A stretch of DNA of 58,747 bases, the filler included, from Dimargaris cristalligena (taxonomy: Eukaryota): NCBI GenBank assembly GCA_003614675.1. It is 3 parts of 3 records of this genome, joined end to end, with 100 filler letters (N's around TTAATTAATTAA, not from the genome) between each part and the next. Parts side by side here need not be neighbours in the genome. Positions count along the whole stretch, not along the records: positions 1 to 19,610 come from ML002724.1; positions 19,711 to 39,199 come from ML002727.1; 1 more part is not named here. One strand, written 5' to 3'. The notes under the pieces were generated by a model that saw only the letters and a program-made list of their open reading frames with translations, did not search any database and was not told the DNA's origin. Position numbers and translations under genes: made by a program. Every line of letters starts with the position of its first letter. Positions within the stretch are counted from its first letter, which is position 1. Shown one piece after another: positions 13,250 through 24,932 of this stretch.

Positions 13250-15313
13250 ATGCCCCGCTTACACCGCCCCGAACTTCGGCCGCCTACCCGGTCGTCGCCT
13301 TCGTCGCCACCCGCCCTAGCCACCAAATCTTCACCAGCCCTTGTTTCTACCCTTGGGGTGTCCGACCCTGACGGCGACGACGCTCCACCCCCCTATTCCA
13401 GTCTGTTCGCCGACTCCATCGACCCCACTAAACGTCCCCCACACTCGTCGCCTGCCACCTTCCGCCCCAAGCCCCGTGGCCGGCCCTTTGACTCGTTTGT
13501 CCCCACCCCCACTGCTGCAGAGGCCCCCGCCGCCCTGGCCGATTCCCACTCCACCGTCCCTGTCTCCAACGACCACCTCTTCTACGGTCGCATCCAGGAA
13601 CTCGAGGACCTGGTGTCCTCCGTTCAGCATACGCTTTACTCCCAAACTCGGGCGTACCGGGACGTAACCAGTCAGCTGTCCGAGATAAACCAGGCTCTCT
13701 CCCGTATCCGGCCCCCTAGTCCTGCCGCCGTGGGAGTGGACTCTCCCTTGGAATCTCCTACGCTCCCGGTCGACGCACCCACTACCCCGCTTCCGTCAAG
13801 TAAGCCATTCACCGCCCACTCTACCCCTGGAAAGACCACTCCCCAGGCCAATCATTTAAACGCATATACGGTCAATATCGAGGATGCCAATAATGACGAC
13901 AACGATAACGATGGTGACAACGATGACGATGACGATGATGATGTCCTCCTTCGTACGCTACTAAACGACCTGGATTTATCCTTTACCCCACCACCCACCA
14001 CGCCAACGCCTCGTCCACGAGCCCGAATCACCCGTCCCTCCCCTCCCCTTTCCACTCGGCGGTCTTCACTCGCTGGCGAGCCCGACGATGACGAGGCCTA
14101 CAGTCGCATCAATAACATGCTCCAATCCTTAATCGACAATGCCTCCGAGGCCATTCAAAATACCTCCATGCCCACCTTGGACGCCCAGGACATTGCCCTG
14201 GCCGAAAAGCACGACGAGTACCTTTCCGCCTATGGCAAGCAACTCGCCGTGGCTCGGGCCCCTGGCCTGGGTAGCAGTCCCCACCGTCAAGCCACTGGGC
14301 CGGGCACATCCCCAATGGGCGAGGAGGCCGAGGCCGAATCAACAGTTACGGACCTGGAGGACCTATTAATGGACTCGGACTCCGGCTCCACCTCCGATCC
14401 CCTCGCCACCGACAATGTCGAAGTCCAATTCTGGTGCAAAGTCGTCAAAAAGAGCCAGGTCATTCAAGAGTCGTTGGGTAAATTGCGACCCGGGCGTACT
14501 CCGGCCGAGGACCTAGTTTTGAGCGAACATCAACTACAGAATTCCTTCATGATGCCTCTCATGACGGCTGCATCACCCCACCAGCCCCTCCCGTCGCCCT
14601 TTTCCCCCACCATCTCCGCGAACGCCAAATATTCCAACGACCAATCCCCCACCACCTCCAGGGCTTCCGTCGGCACGCTACGTACTTCCCTTCGCCGCAG
14701 TTTAATTGGTACCAAATTGCCGTTTGATTCATCCCCCGCCCCTAAACACCCCGCCCCCAGTCCTACCGCATCGGCCTATCGGCTACTCCGCCGGCGTCGC
14801 ACGATGCCCACCCGCTCCGACGGCGATTCCACCCTGGCTTCCGTCGCCGCGACCCCCTCAACCGCCGACGACCTAATGATCGCCTCCCTTCGCCGGTCCT
14901 CCGAAGCCGGTGCCCTGGTTGACCTAGCCTACGGTGGGGAAGTGGGTGCTCCCCGCGACACCACCCGTAATTTTGTCACCATGCTATACTGGACCCTATT
15001 GTTTACCATTGGGGCCATTTTGCTGGACTCATTTATTTGCAACGTCGCTGGGCACCAGGTCCTCGGCCTTATTGACCAGATCCACGCTGGTCAGGAGGAA
15101 GGTGGCGACGGAGTGGACTGCATTAGCGACGACGAGTCGGAACGGGAGACCATCGCCAAGGCCCCGTCCCATTTCCCCCTTAACGATGAGGTCGATGCTA
15201 ACCCCATCGTCACGGAACCCTCGGCCGAAGGGTACGACCCATTGCGACATATCATCGATGCCTACCCGTCGGATTTCGAGGATAATCTAATCATCGAGGA
15301 GCTCGAGGAGTAG
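13250..15313 (+). CDS. Uncharacterised low-complexity protein (~687 aa) with a short coiled coil and one C-terminal transmembrane segment
   Basis: Long ORF. First ATG at 13250; the upstream in-frame part is pyrimidine-rich UTR-like sequence. Hydrophobic segment FVTMLYWTLLFTIGAILLDSFI. Confidence 0.8.
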   Translation: MPRLHRPELRPPTRSSPSSPPALATKSSPALVSTLGVSDPDGDDAPPPYSSLFADSIDPTKRPPHSSPATFRPKPRGRPFDSFVPTPTAAEAPAALADSHSTVPVSNDHLFYGRIQELEDLVSSVQHTLYSQTRAYRDVTSQLSEINQALSRIRPPSPAAVGVDSPLESPTLPVDAPTTPLPSSKPFTAHSTPGKTTPQANHLNAYTVNIEDANNDDNDNDGDNDDDDDDDVLLRTLLNDLDLSFTPPPTTPTPRPRARITRPSPPLSTRRSSLAGEPDDDEAYSRINNMLQSLIDNASEAIQNTSMPTLDAQDIALAEKHDEYLSAYGKQLAVARAPGLGSSPHRQATGPGTSPMGEEAEAESTVTDLEDLLMDSDSGSTSDPLATDNVEVQFWCKVVKKSQVIQESLGKLRPGRTPAEDLVLSEHQLQNSFMMPLMTAASPHQPLPSPFSPTISANAKYSNDQSPTTSRASVGTLRTSLRRSLIGTKLPFDSSPAPKHPAPSPTASAYRLLRRRRTMPTRSDGDSTLASVAATPSTADDLMIASLRRSSEAGALVDLAYGGEVGAPRDTTRNFVTMLYWTLLFTIGAILLDSFICNVAGHQVLGLIDQIHAGQEEGGDGVDCISDDESERETIAKAPSHFPLNDEVDANPIVTEPSAEGYDPLRHIIDAYPSDFEDNLIIEELEE

Positions 15314-16462
15314 TCCCACGACAGACGGCTGTTTCCCCACCCCCCACCCCTTTGCTGCCCGGCCCTCGCTCACTATATCACACTGGGTGACTTGTATTAC
15401 TCCCTAACCCTCCCCTCCTTCCACCCTGTAAAAGTCGGTGACCTGGCCTTCGGGCTCCTTGATTCACACCACAGTATGCTGCTTCCTTTAATGTTTCCCT
15501 TTGCTATTCTAATAGATTCGCTTATCCCTTCTTATTTTTATTTTCTATTAGTATTATTATTATTATTATTGCTATCCCTTTACTTTTACGCTACCCCTGT
15601 TTTATTATGTCTGTTTTTAGCTATATGCTTATACGCATCTACTCCCCAATATACATATATGTGCCGGGTATCGTCAGCGCCATAATGGGCGGGTAACTAC
15701 TACCATTGGGTGGCCTACTTCTTTCGATTCCCCTATTTTACGCCTTACCATCAGTTTAATCTCCGATCATGCCGTAATAATGTCTTGACACTTACCCCCC
15801 CCTCCGTTCTTACTCCCAATGTATTTATCTATCCCCCATTTCTATCTAATTAGTACCATTGCGCTGCATCTTGAATAGTCCTGCTGCGGTCAATGTCGGA
15901 TTCGTCCAGGAGCGTATTGGATATAAGAATCAGCAATCGTCGGAATAAAACACGGCGTTTTCACCCTTCGCGCACCTCCAAATCCCCCTCCCTGTCGAAT
16001 TACGTGGTATAAGTAAAGTATATAGTGCACCATACCCCTCGGCAACCTACTATGTAGCATTGGTACAACGTCTATAGTTTATCCTCTTTGTCACTGTTCT
16101 TTATACTATCTTTTTTTTTTCATCGGATATTCGTCGATTAATTAAGTTGGCATTTTTATTGAACCAAAACACCACCACTATAACTAAAACTAAAATTAAG
16201 CGTAATAAAAAAACATTTCGATAAGCGCAAATCATTAGAAGCTGCCCCTCAACGATACGGCTATATCCAGTTACGCACTAATAGGTATAAATCGGAAATG
16301 AATAAGGAAAGTCGCCTATTTAAAAAAATACGGGAGAGGTCCAGTCCAGCTGCAGAACGAATAATTCGTTGAGTGGAACAGGACCAGTATTACGGGCAAG
16401 CAAATAGATGGCTCACTGGCCTATTTTTAAGCTTATTTCGCGCCGTGTATGTTGAAATTGTA

Positions 16463-18065
16463 TTACACGTTATCTTTCGGACACATCAGGTTGGTTGTGG
16501 TCAAGATGGCGACCCGGGTTTCCTGCTCTTCCTTGGTTTTAGCTGTTTTCAATATAGCATTTAGAGCTTGCGTGGACATGACCGCGATACCACTCGTAAG
16601 TAAAGTGGTTGCAATTGCAGTGCCCATGCCTGTGGAGACCGCCGCGCCAGTACCTACCGCCGCTGCCGTACCCACCCCTACTGCCGCTGCCCCTGTCGCA
16701 CCCATCCCTACCGCCGCTGCACCCACCGCACCCGCTCCTACCGCACCCGTCCCTACCGCCGTTTTCGAAAAGAGCCCCGGTGCGATTTTGGTGCCGGCTT
16801 GGGAAATCTTGGCCCCGACCTGCGGGAGGATTTTAGCGCCGACTTTGGAGCCTGCCTGGACCGTTGCCTGTGCGACCTTCGGGGCCACGGCGGATATGGC
16901 CTTCGGGGCGAGCGCGGCGGCGGCTTTCGTAACGACTGCGGCTACAGCTGCGAAGGGAATGAACCGCCGATTTAGCGTTTGGGCGGTCCCGGTCGAAGAA
17001 CTACTACTACTGCTGCTGCTGATGCCTGATTCAGGGCTAAGGGTCATTTGCACTTGCTGAAGCTTCTGATTAATTTTCATTTCAATCAGCTCGCCGATCA
17101 CGTTGGTGCTTTTGGCACTCTGCATGAATTTCTGCAAGGACTCGCCAATCGCGTCCGGGGTGGGTAGCTTATAGGTGACGGAATAGGGGGTATCCGTTGA
17201 GCCGTCGCTGCTGCTCATCGCGTAGCCCAAGGTATCCGTGGCCGCCAAAGGTTCTTGGGTCACGACCACGCCGCCCAACATATACCCGACACCATTATTC
17301 TTAAACTGCGCCCGGTTGAAATCACAAAGGGTTTCTTGAATAATGTTGGCGGCAGTTGGAAACCGTTGCTTAAAAGACGAAAAAAAATCCAGGACGGTTT
17401 GGAAGACTTCGCGGTATTTGAAGGATTCGTCGTTGGCTTGGACGGCCACGGCTTTGGCGGTCGTGTCCGAAACCCCGGCGCTTTGGGTCAAAATAACGGC
17501 CTGTTGTTTGACCTCGACCGGGAGTTCGTCGTACTTTGCCTTGACTATTTCAGACAAGGGTGCCTCCGCTTCGATAACTTGCGGTTCGGTATTAGTGACA
17601 ACACCATTAGCGGCGGTTCCCGGCGTAAGAGGGTCCATCGCGGTCGGATTCTGGCTAGGCCCGGTTGGCCCCAGGTTGGCGTTGGACGGTTGAAAGCCTC
17701 CGGTGGAGCCGGGGCCATAGTTGTTCATTACCGGCGGATAGCCCATGGTCATTATGTCAGGATTTCCACTGTTCGGGTTGAATGGGGGGGCTGTAAAAGG
17801 TGCTCGAGAGTGAGGATGTCCGCTGTGGCGGCTGGTTTTGCTGGCTCTGCTGATTCTGCTGATACTGCTGGTTTTGCTGGTCAGGAACCTCCTCTATATA
17901 CGTTTGATAGCCACCATTGTTGCTCAGTTGCTCGGGATTCTGCGAGAAATTTTGGCCCATGTACTGCGCAGTATCAGTTTGACCCTGCGCGTCACGTGGG
18001 AAAGGACTGGCCGTTGCCATATAGGCGTAGAAGAAAAGCCCCAAGGCTACACGGTGACTGTACAT
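16463..18065 (-). CDS. Secreted precursor protein (~533 aa if repaired), interrupted by a 1-nt frameshift in a C7 run (17784-17790); C-terminal Ala/Gly-rich hydrophobic domain after RR
   Basis: MYSHRVALGLFFYAYMATA signal at 18065, then Gln-rich repeats. Removing one C gives FYSPPFNPNSGNPDIMTMGY, in frame with the 429-aa ORF 16463-17752. Confidence 0.7.
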
Positions 18066-19610
18066 AGTGTTAGTAGACAGGGATTGGATACTGTAGACAC
18101 GGCGGTAAAGATGAGGGTGATAGAACTCTTCAACTGTGGAAGACTCGTTAAGTGAAGGTATTGAATAGTAGTAAAAGATAAACGTATCCCAAGCGCAGGC
18201 TAGTTCGGGAAACGAGGCAGCTAAACTCAAAGGGAGGGATTGGGTAGGGCCTGAGGCTGTTGGACAATAATACGAAAAGGAACAAGGCAGGGAAATACTT
18301 ATCAGCCAAGAGTGCCTCTGGCAAAGTTCCCCAAAAACTTATATATAAATATATATACCGATAAATCAAGTAACGCAGAGAGTCAATAGCAGATATGTGA
18401 AGACAGAAAGCCCAAGAGTAGGGGGCGGAAGGGTCGGTTTATATAAAACGACGGCATTTCCCTATTTCTCTCTATTTTTGGCATCTAATTTCCTCAATTG
18501 CAACGACAGCGCGCCCTCCCTCTTCTCCAGCCCAAATCCACCTTCCCCTTCTCTCCCCTCCGGTCAATAGATACAGATACAAAGTCGTGGCACGGGCACC
18601 ACGACCGCTTTTGTCGACCCTTTTATCTCAACGACCAATAGAAATACAGATACACACATTTTTCTCCCCCTTGGACTTCGACGTCGGCTAAACTGTGAGA
18701 GGAAAAGGAATTAATAAAGGGCCAGCAACCACAAGAAAAGGGCCGACAACCAATGAACAGGAGCCTAGCGAGGCATTCCGGGATGGGGGTTCCGAACCGT
18801 GGATAGCCCAATGAACAGTCACTCAATAATCACCATGAAAGAAAGAAAGGAATAATGAAAGAAGGTGGATATATCGGCTAAACGACGGAAGAAAAGAAGT
18901 TCCATTTATTGATGGTTCCCCTTCGGGTAAAGTAATTAGCTATAGGGACTTTGCTACGCATTTACCTTCACAGTCCGACTCTAAACCAAATACATAACAT
19001 GCAGAGGCGGTATGTCTATTAACGATGTTGGTCAGCTTCGTTGTCGAAAAGGAGGACAGAATGCAGGGAGGAAGGTCGATTATCTTAGAGTGTGGACTCT
19101 TTGTTTTTACATCTAGCGACTATTGGAATCCCGCCCATGAATCTCGTTATAATCGGGAGCCTACGGGAATGTCGATAGTAGTTTGCTTTTAGCTCTTACC
19201 TAAAATAACCGAAAAAGAAAAGTTTGATAGATGTTGCGGTGGTTAAATGTAGACCCCGAAAGGGAACCATAAAGGAATAGAACGGGTCCCGAAGGAGAAA
19301 TGTGGCGCCGATGGTGGGGAGGGAAATTGATGGAGAGCGGCTAGCTCCACTCATCTTCAAACAAGAGTTTGCTTCGCTCACATCTGGCATCTCTATCCCT
19401 TCCTCACCCTTCCTTTTATCTCTAGGGTAAGGGGGATTCGAAGTGGCGGGGGGGGTATGCGGGTCCTTGATACCAACAAATGCCTTTGTCTGTGTGGTTT
19501 GGTTTTCCACCAATGACCATCAACAGGTAGCACTATGTTCACCGAGTTGGCTACGATAAAGGATAAAGAGGAAAGGGAGTGGGTGGGCCATTAGCGGATA
19601 TTTTTCACCC

Positions 19611-19710
19611 NNNNNNNNNNNNNNNNNNNNNNNNNNNNNNNNNNNNNNNNNNNNTTAATTAATTAANNNNNNNNNNNNNNNNNNNNNNNNNNNNNNNNNN
19701 NNNNNNNNNN
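19611..19710. other. Assembly join: 100-nt N spacer with artificial TTAATTAATTAA six-frame-stop linker
   Basis: 44 N + TTAATTAATTAA + 44 N; identical structure at 39200-39299. Confidence 0.95.
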
Positions 19711-19799
19711 CGCTTCCCAATACTAACGAGACCCCCCAAAAGTGCTATACTCACCCTGGTTTACGATTTAATTGACATGCGTCCCCTCGCCCTATCTAG

Positions 19800-20244
19800 T
19801 CGAATTAACCGTCAAGGGACCGGTAAGTCAATACTGGAGGTGGAAGGAATCGAACATTTATCTCTCCACATGACGGGTTTCTATTCACGTTCCCAAACCT
19901 AATCCTACCCACCTACCGTAAATTAACCACTCCAATATCCGATATATAATGCACCTGTGTAAATCGCCCCATGGTATCCTTTCCAGGTCAACGAAACCAC
20001 GGGAATGGTTATCAACATTAGTCATCTCAAGGAATGTATTCAAGTGGCCATTATGGATCCCTTAGACCACCAGAACCTCGACCGCGATGTCCCCTTTTTC
20101 CATCAGCGCCCGAGTACCACCGAAAATTTAGTGCTATTCATCTGGCAAAATGTCCAGGCGTTTTTGGGCCCCGGTTGGCTATACCGAATCAAGCTTTACG
20201 AAACTGATCTTAACTTTGTAGAATACTTTGGCGATGAGGTGTAA
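19800..20244 (+). CDS. PTS: 6-pyruvoyl-tetrahydropterin synthase, 3' part (exons 19800-19822, 19987-20244); 5' exons lost in the gap
   Basis: ELTVKGP|VNETTGMVINISHLKECIQVAIMDPLDHQNLDRDVPFF..PSTTENLVLFIW...IKLYETDLNFVEYFG matches the animal-type PTPS C-terminal half; GTAAGT...CCAG intron. Confidence 0.93.
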
Positions 20245-20526
20245 GTAATAAACCTGCCAACTCATTACACCCACCTGGCAATTCTCTCCCAACAAATAGT
20301 GGCTGGACTCAATGTAAGAGGGGGGTTTTTATACGGACATTTGGAAAAGTCGGCGTTCTTGGGGGGATTGGTGCCGATGGAAATATGGAACGAGTAGTAA
20401 GGAAGGTATAGTTGAGGGCCAAGGCTGTGCCTGTAAAAAGAAGTGATGTAAGGAGGGGGCGAGTAACAAAGAGACAGTAGTGAGTAAAAGAGGGTGGGGG
20501 CGGTCATTATAACGAGCGCGGGGCGC

Positions 20527-21394
20527 TTATGGAACCTTGTGGTATTCAATCTTATCCACTTTGACCTCTCCGTCAATGAGTTGGTAGACGTAGGTGACAG
20601 CCCCAGTGTCTTGGACATCCATGAGCACAAATGACGGTACGGCGGGGCCCTGGGTAAGGGCGCTGTAGGCCCCCGTGGCACTCCCGGGGTTTACGAAAAA
20701 CTTGTTTTCAAACTCGAGGGCCTCAAAGCGGTGGGTATGGCCGCTGATAAGAATATCCACGTCCATCTGGCGGGCGGCAACCGCTAAAGCGTCGGAGTCA
20801 CCGTTGGGCACGATTTGGTGGCCGTGGAGAATACCAATGCGGATATTTCCATGGGTGATAATCTTGGACTCGGGCCAGAGGGAGGTTGGTTCGTCAAAGT
20901 CGCCCTTAACGACATGGATCTCGGCAGCTACCGACCGCAAGTACTCGTAGGTTTCGCGGTCGCAAACGTTTCCGGTACATAGAATTTGCTGGATTTTCCC
21001 GGGTACCTGAAGATTTTGAAGGAGTGGATGCGGGAAAGGGGGGACCAGGGTTCGGGGTAGCTTGTTAGCTGGTGGAAGGTTGGGGCTAGGGCCAATAGGG
21101 CGGGCCAGGTAAAGGGTGTTCTATGACAATGGCAATGGTAAAGGTAAGGTGGCTACTACTACTACTACTACTACTTACCAAGAGCTTCCGGAACTTGGCG
21201 GGCAGGCTGAAGCCCCGGTGGGGAATGTGAAGGTCACCGATGGCGAGAACCAGCTAGGATAGACAGAGGTAGAGAATAGAGGCGGCAGGCCAAGATGAGA
21301 AGAGCTTGGCAGGGGAATGTGGGGGTTATTGGAGTCGACGAAAGCGTTCAAAAGCGGCTCAGCAAACGAGAAGAGAGGGGTGACTTACAACCAT
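20527..21394 (-). CDS. VPS29: Retromer subunit Vps29, 186 aa; exons 21389-21394, 21179-21253, 20527-21006
   Basis: [37 protein letters not shown]..., plus [31 protein letters not shown]. Confidence 0.97.
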
Positions 21395-21829
21395 GGTGAA
21401 CGAAGACGACGGAGTTGGATATAATAGAAGGGAATGGAAACCGAGGCAACGCAAAAGCAAGAGAAGGATGAAGTCCAGGACAAGGAAAGGAGGCGCATAT
21501 ACGAAGAAGATTCACCGGCCACAGCCAGTAGCAGTGGTGCGCCCCCCTTCCCTCTTTCTTTCTCTTCCTACCACTAGACAACGCGTACTATTTATTGACC
21601 CTTAGCCGTTCCCTCCATACTTTCCCCTACTTCTTTCTGTTTACACTTTTCTTCTACCATTCGTTTGTATATCTTTTCACGTTTCTCCTGTGCTTCTCTT
21701 CCCCGTTTCCTTCTCCCATTTGCACCGCGTGTTCTAAATCTCCTTACCAATCACCCGCCCCAGTACTAGTTACTAGCGGACCCCTCCCCTAAACTTCGGC
21801 TTCTCATTCAGTATTATTCGATCTGCACC

Positions 21830-22859
21830 ATGGCCTCGAATCTCGACATGGATCTTGATGACATCATCAAGCAGGAGCGCAAAACCAAGTCCACCCGGAC
21901 CAAAACTAACGGCCGCTCTGCCAAGGTAATTCTTCCTTCCGCATCCTAGATTACCCCGCGACCACCGACTTACCGACCTTCCTCCCACCTGGGCCCTTTC
22001 AGCGCGCCCCGTCGAGGGATTTGGGAACCCCTTCCTTTCGCTAACGTGCATATCCGGCAGTACCCTTTTCGCCCCTGCGCTTCCACGACACGATAAGGGA
22101 TACCCATCCACTCCCGCTCCCTTGCCTTTAAGGGCCCAGGGCGGTGGTCTACTTTATCCTACTGGAATATTTTTATAGTTGTAGATTATATTGTATTGTA
22201 GCTGTTTTTTCATTAATTTCTTTACTTATTCCTTGTTATTCACCACTGCCTGTTATTGACTTTATCCCTCCGCCCATTATTTAACCGCCGGACCCCAGAC
22301 CAAGAAAGGCGGCAAAGCCGAGCCCACTACAGTGACTGTCGATAAGCTGACTTCTCCTAAACGCACTTCTCGCACCAAGCGGACCGGTGGTGCTTCTGGG
22401 AAGGTGGGCAAAACCAGTATCAACAGCCGGCTCGGTCTATCCACCCGTGTAGCACAAGCTGTCATCAGCTCTGCTGGCGGCGCTCGGGAACATACCGTCA
22501 AGATTACCAACCTTGACCCCGCCGCGTCTGCCGAGGACCTGCGCACCTCTTTCAAAAAATTCGGCCATATTGTCAAGTGCAGTTTGGTATACGCGCGCAA
22601 TGGCCAGCCCTCGGGCGACGCGGAAATTACCTACGAGAAGTGGGGCTCGGCCAATGCCGCTATCAACGCCATGGACGGCATTACCGCCGATGGCCGCAAG
22701 CTCTCCGTTCGCCTGGTTACACCCGCTCCCGTCGCCAGCACTCCTGCGCCGACCACCCGGACTTCTACTCGCCGTACAATCGCCAGTAAATCGAGTAGCT
22801 CACGGAGCAGCTCCGGCCAAAACAAGAAAGAACCCACCACTTTCCGGTTGATACTCTAG
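21830..22859 (+). CDS. RRM mRNA-export adaptor of the ALYREF/Yra1/POLDIP3 family; exons 21830-21925, 22299-22859
   Basis: N-terminal UAP56-binding-type motif LDMDLDDII; RRM (VKITNLD...DLRTSFKKFG...SGDAEITY...AINAMDGITADGRKLSV); GTAATT...CCCCAG intron. Confidence 0.88.
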
Positions 22860-23250
22860 AGGAGGGTCAGTAGCCCCCATCCTCCCACTTTTTTGATTGA
22901 GAGAGAGCCCCGCTTTAGTCATCATAACAGTCTCTAACCCATGAAAATACAGTTTTGCCTATTGTTGTGCGGGGTGGTCACTCTTTTATTATTTTTTAGT
23001 TTGGTTTAATTATCCCCCAACCCCGCCTGAGCTGTCCAGATTGCAGGATATACCAGGTTGGTTCCTTTTCCGGATTTAGCCCTCTAACGGAATTCTATCA
23101 GTGTTGAGGGCGTTTAAATTTTTTTTATAAAGTTCATTTAGCGGCCAATTGCGAAGGTGGGTAGTAAATTAATGATGTTGGTGGGGAGCAATGCATATCT
23201 CATTAAACTATGGTTGGTTTGGTTTCAAGGGTCAGTTCGGGTGGGCTACG

Positions 23251-23983
23251 TTAAAGGGCAGGGGTGGACTCGTCGTCGGCTTTGGGGCTATCGGGCTTCG
23301 GTACTTCTAGTTTCGAGGGCGGGGTTTCTAACTTAAGCTGGGCATCGTAGCCGTGCTTTTTGAGGTCCTTCCAGGTTTCCTCATCGTCCCCACTGGCGGT
23401 TTGAAGATGGTATAGCTGAATAAACCCGGGAAGAGTTAGTGCCAGCCCGTCATCCGTCGTGGTAAAACTCTCCAAGATTTCGGAAACATCCTCATCCGAA
23501 AACTAGTGGTATAGTAGAACGCCAAAGTGAAGGAGGGGGGGGGAACAATGTGGGATAATCGTTAGACTAGTATCTTCAATGGATTCGGTTTAAATGTTGT
23601 TAGGGAGGTTCATAGATACTGCGTTTCCTCGTAGGGTATATCCTGTCGTTTTGGGTATCCTTCCATTAATAGTGATAATCCACCAATTGTATGTATGAGG
23701 GCCACAAGGGGGGGAAGATTCCCATTCTAAATGCAGCTTAGCTTAGATTGGGCGGTGGGGGTGGGTTCGCCCACCCCCACGGACAAGTGCAATTCAAAGC
23801 AAGTAAGGGGGTACCTACCGGTTCACCGTTGCAAAAGACGGCAAAGGCCTGGAGCTCAGATTTGTTCAGGGACTGGTCTCCATCCCGATCGTAGCGACCA
23901 AAGATCTCGGAGAGGGCCTGTTCGAACTCAGGGGTGAGATCATCCGAGTCATCGAGTAGAGGGGCCAGTTGGGGGTCAGTCAT
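23251..23983 (-). CDS. Small EF-hand protein, 138 aa; exons 23819-23983, 23251-23502
   Basis: EF loop IFGRYDRDGDQSLNKSEL; after the GTAGGT...CTAG intron it continues FSDEDVSEILESF...LTLPGFIQLYHLQT...ETWKDLKKHGYD. Confidence 0.85.
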
Positions 23984-24932
23984 GTTAGCCGGCTAAACTA
24001 TTCAAAAGTAGGTAGGTGTAGCAGCGAAAGTAGGGAGTCGGAGCAAGAAAACGGAAATATCGAATGGGATGAAATGGCTTGGAGTCCGGGCTATTTTCTA
24101 GCTTGCCTGTTGACTGGGTAGGTTCCCCTTGTGTCCAAAGGGCGGGTATACAAAAAGCCGCCTTAGCTAGGCAGGCACTGTGCCCAAGGGCTATTATATA
24201 TGCGATAGAGACGAACCATGCGACTCTCTCTTTTATATAGGAGGTGGTTGGTATACCCATATCATTCATGGAACCGCTTGGCACTACTCAAGAGGTGACT
24301 ATAGCCACTATTGGCTATTGAAGTAAACCCATCACAACGGTAGCTCTAGCCCTGTGAGTGGTGTACCTAATATAGAAGGTGACTTGGAATAGTTGGACAG
24401 CCACTAGGGAGCATGCAAAGTGTGGCTAACAAGGGTAGGTGGGTTATTCATTTATCAAGGATTAGGAGGGGGCCAACGGAAACGGTGATAATTAATAGGA
24501 GGGAGGTGAAGGAGGGGGGGGGGCTCGATATCAAACAGGAAAGAGGAAGAAGGGGCGGTGGTGGACGGGTCCCGAATAGTTGACCGCCGCCATCCAATTC
24601 GCCGGGTCTAAGCCGGCCCCTATGCCGTTATTGAATAGGCCAAGGAATGGACGGCAGAGGAAAATAAAGGGTTGGGACACATCTCATTTCATTTAACCAC
24701 GGCTTCGTCCGTTGGGGGTATCAAAGTATTTAAACCCACCGACTCTCCACCCGTCTAGCGCAAGCCCGTCGCCACTGCCACCACCACTCAATACTCCATA
24801 TATTTAATGACATTTTCCCTACGTTTTCCCGGCTAGTCAACCCTTGCGAAAAGGCAAAGCACCCATTTCCATTTTTATCGCAAACCCCCAGCCTATCTAT
24901 TGGCCGCGGACTATTATCCCAGTATTGCCACC

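Noticed and set aside
16449-17060. Plus-strand Pro/Thr/Ala-rich 203-aa ORF (and 17255-18067)
   Set aside because: Antisense shadow of the Gly/Ala/Val-rich minus-strand gene.
19655-19666. TTAATTAATTAA palindrome inside N runs (also 39244-39255)
   Set aside because: Artificial six-frame-stop spacer used to concatenate contigs; not biological. Gene adjacency across these joins is unproven.
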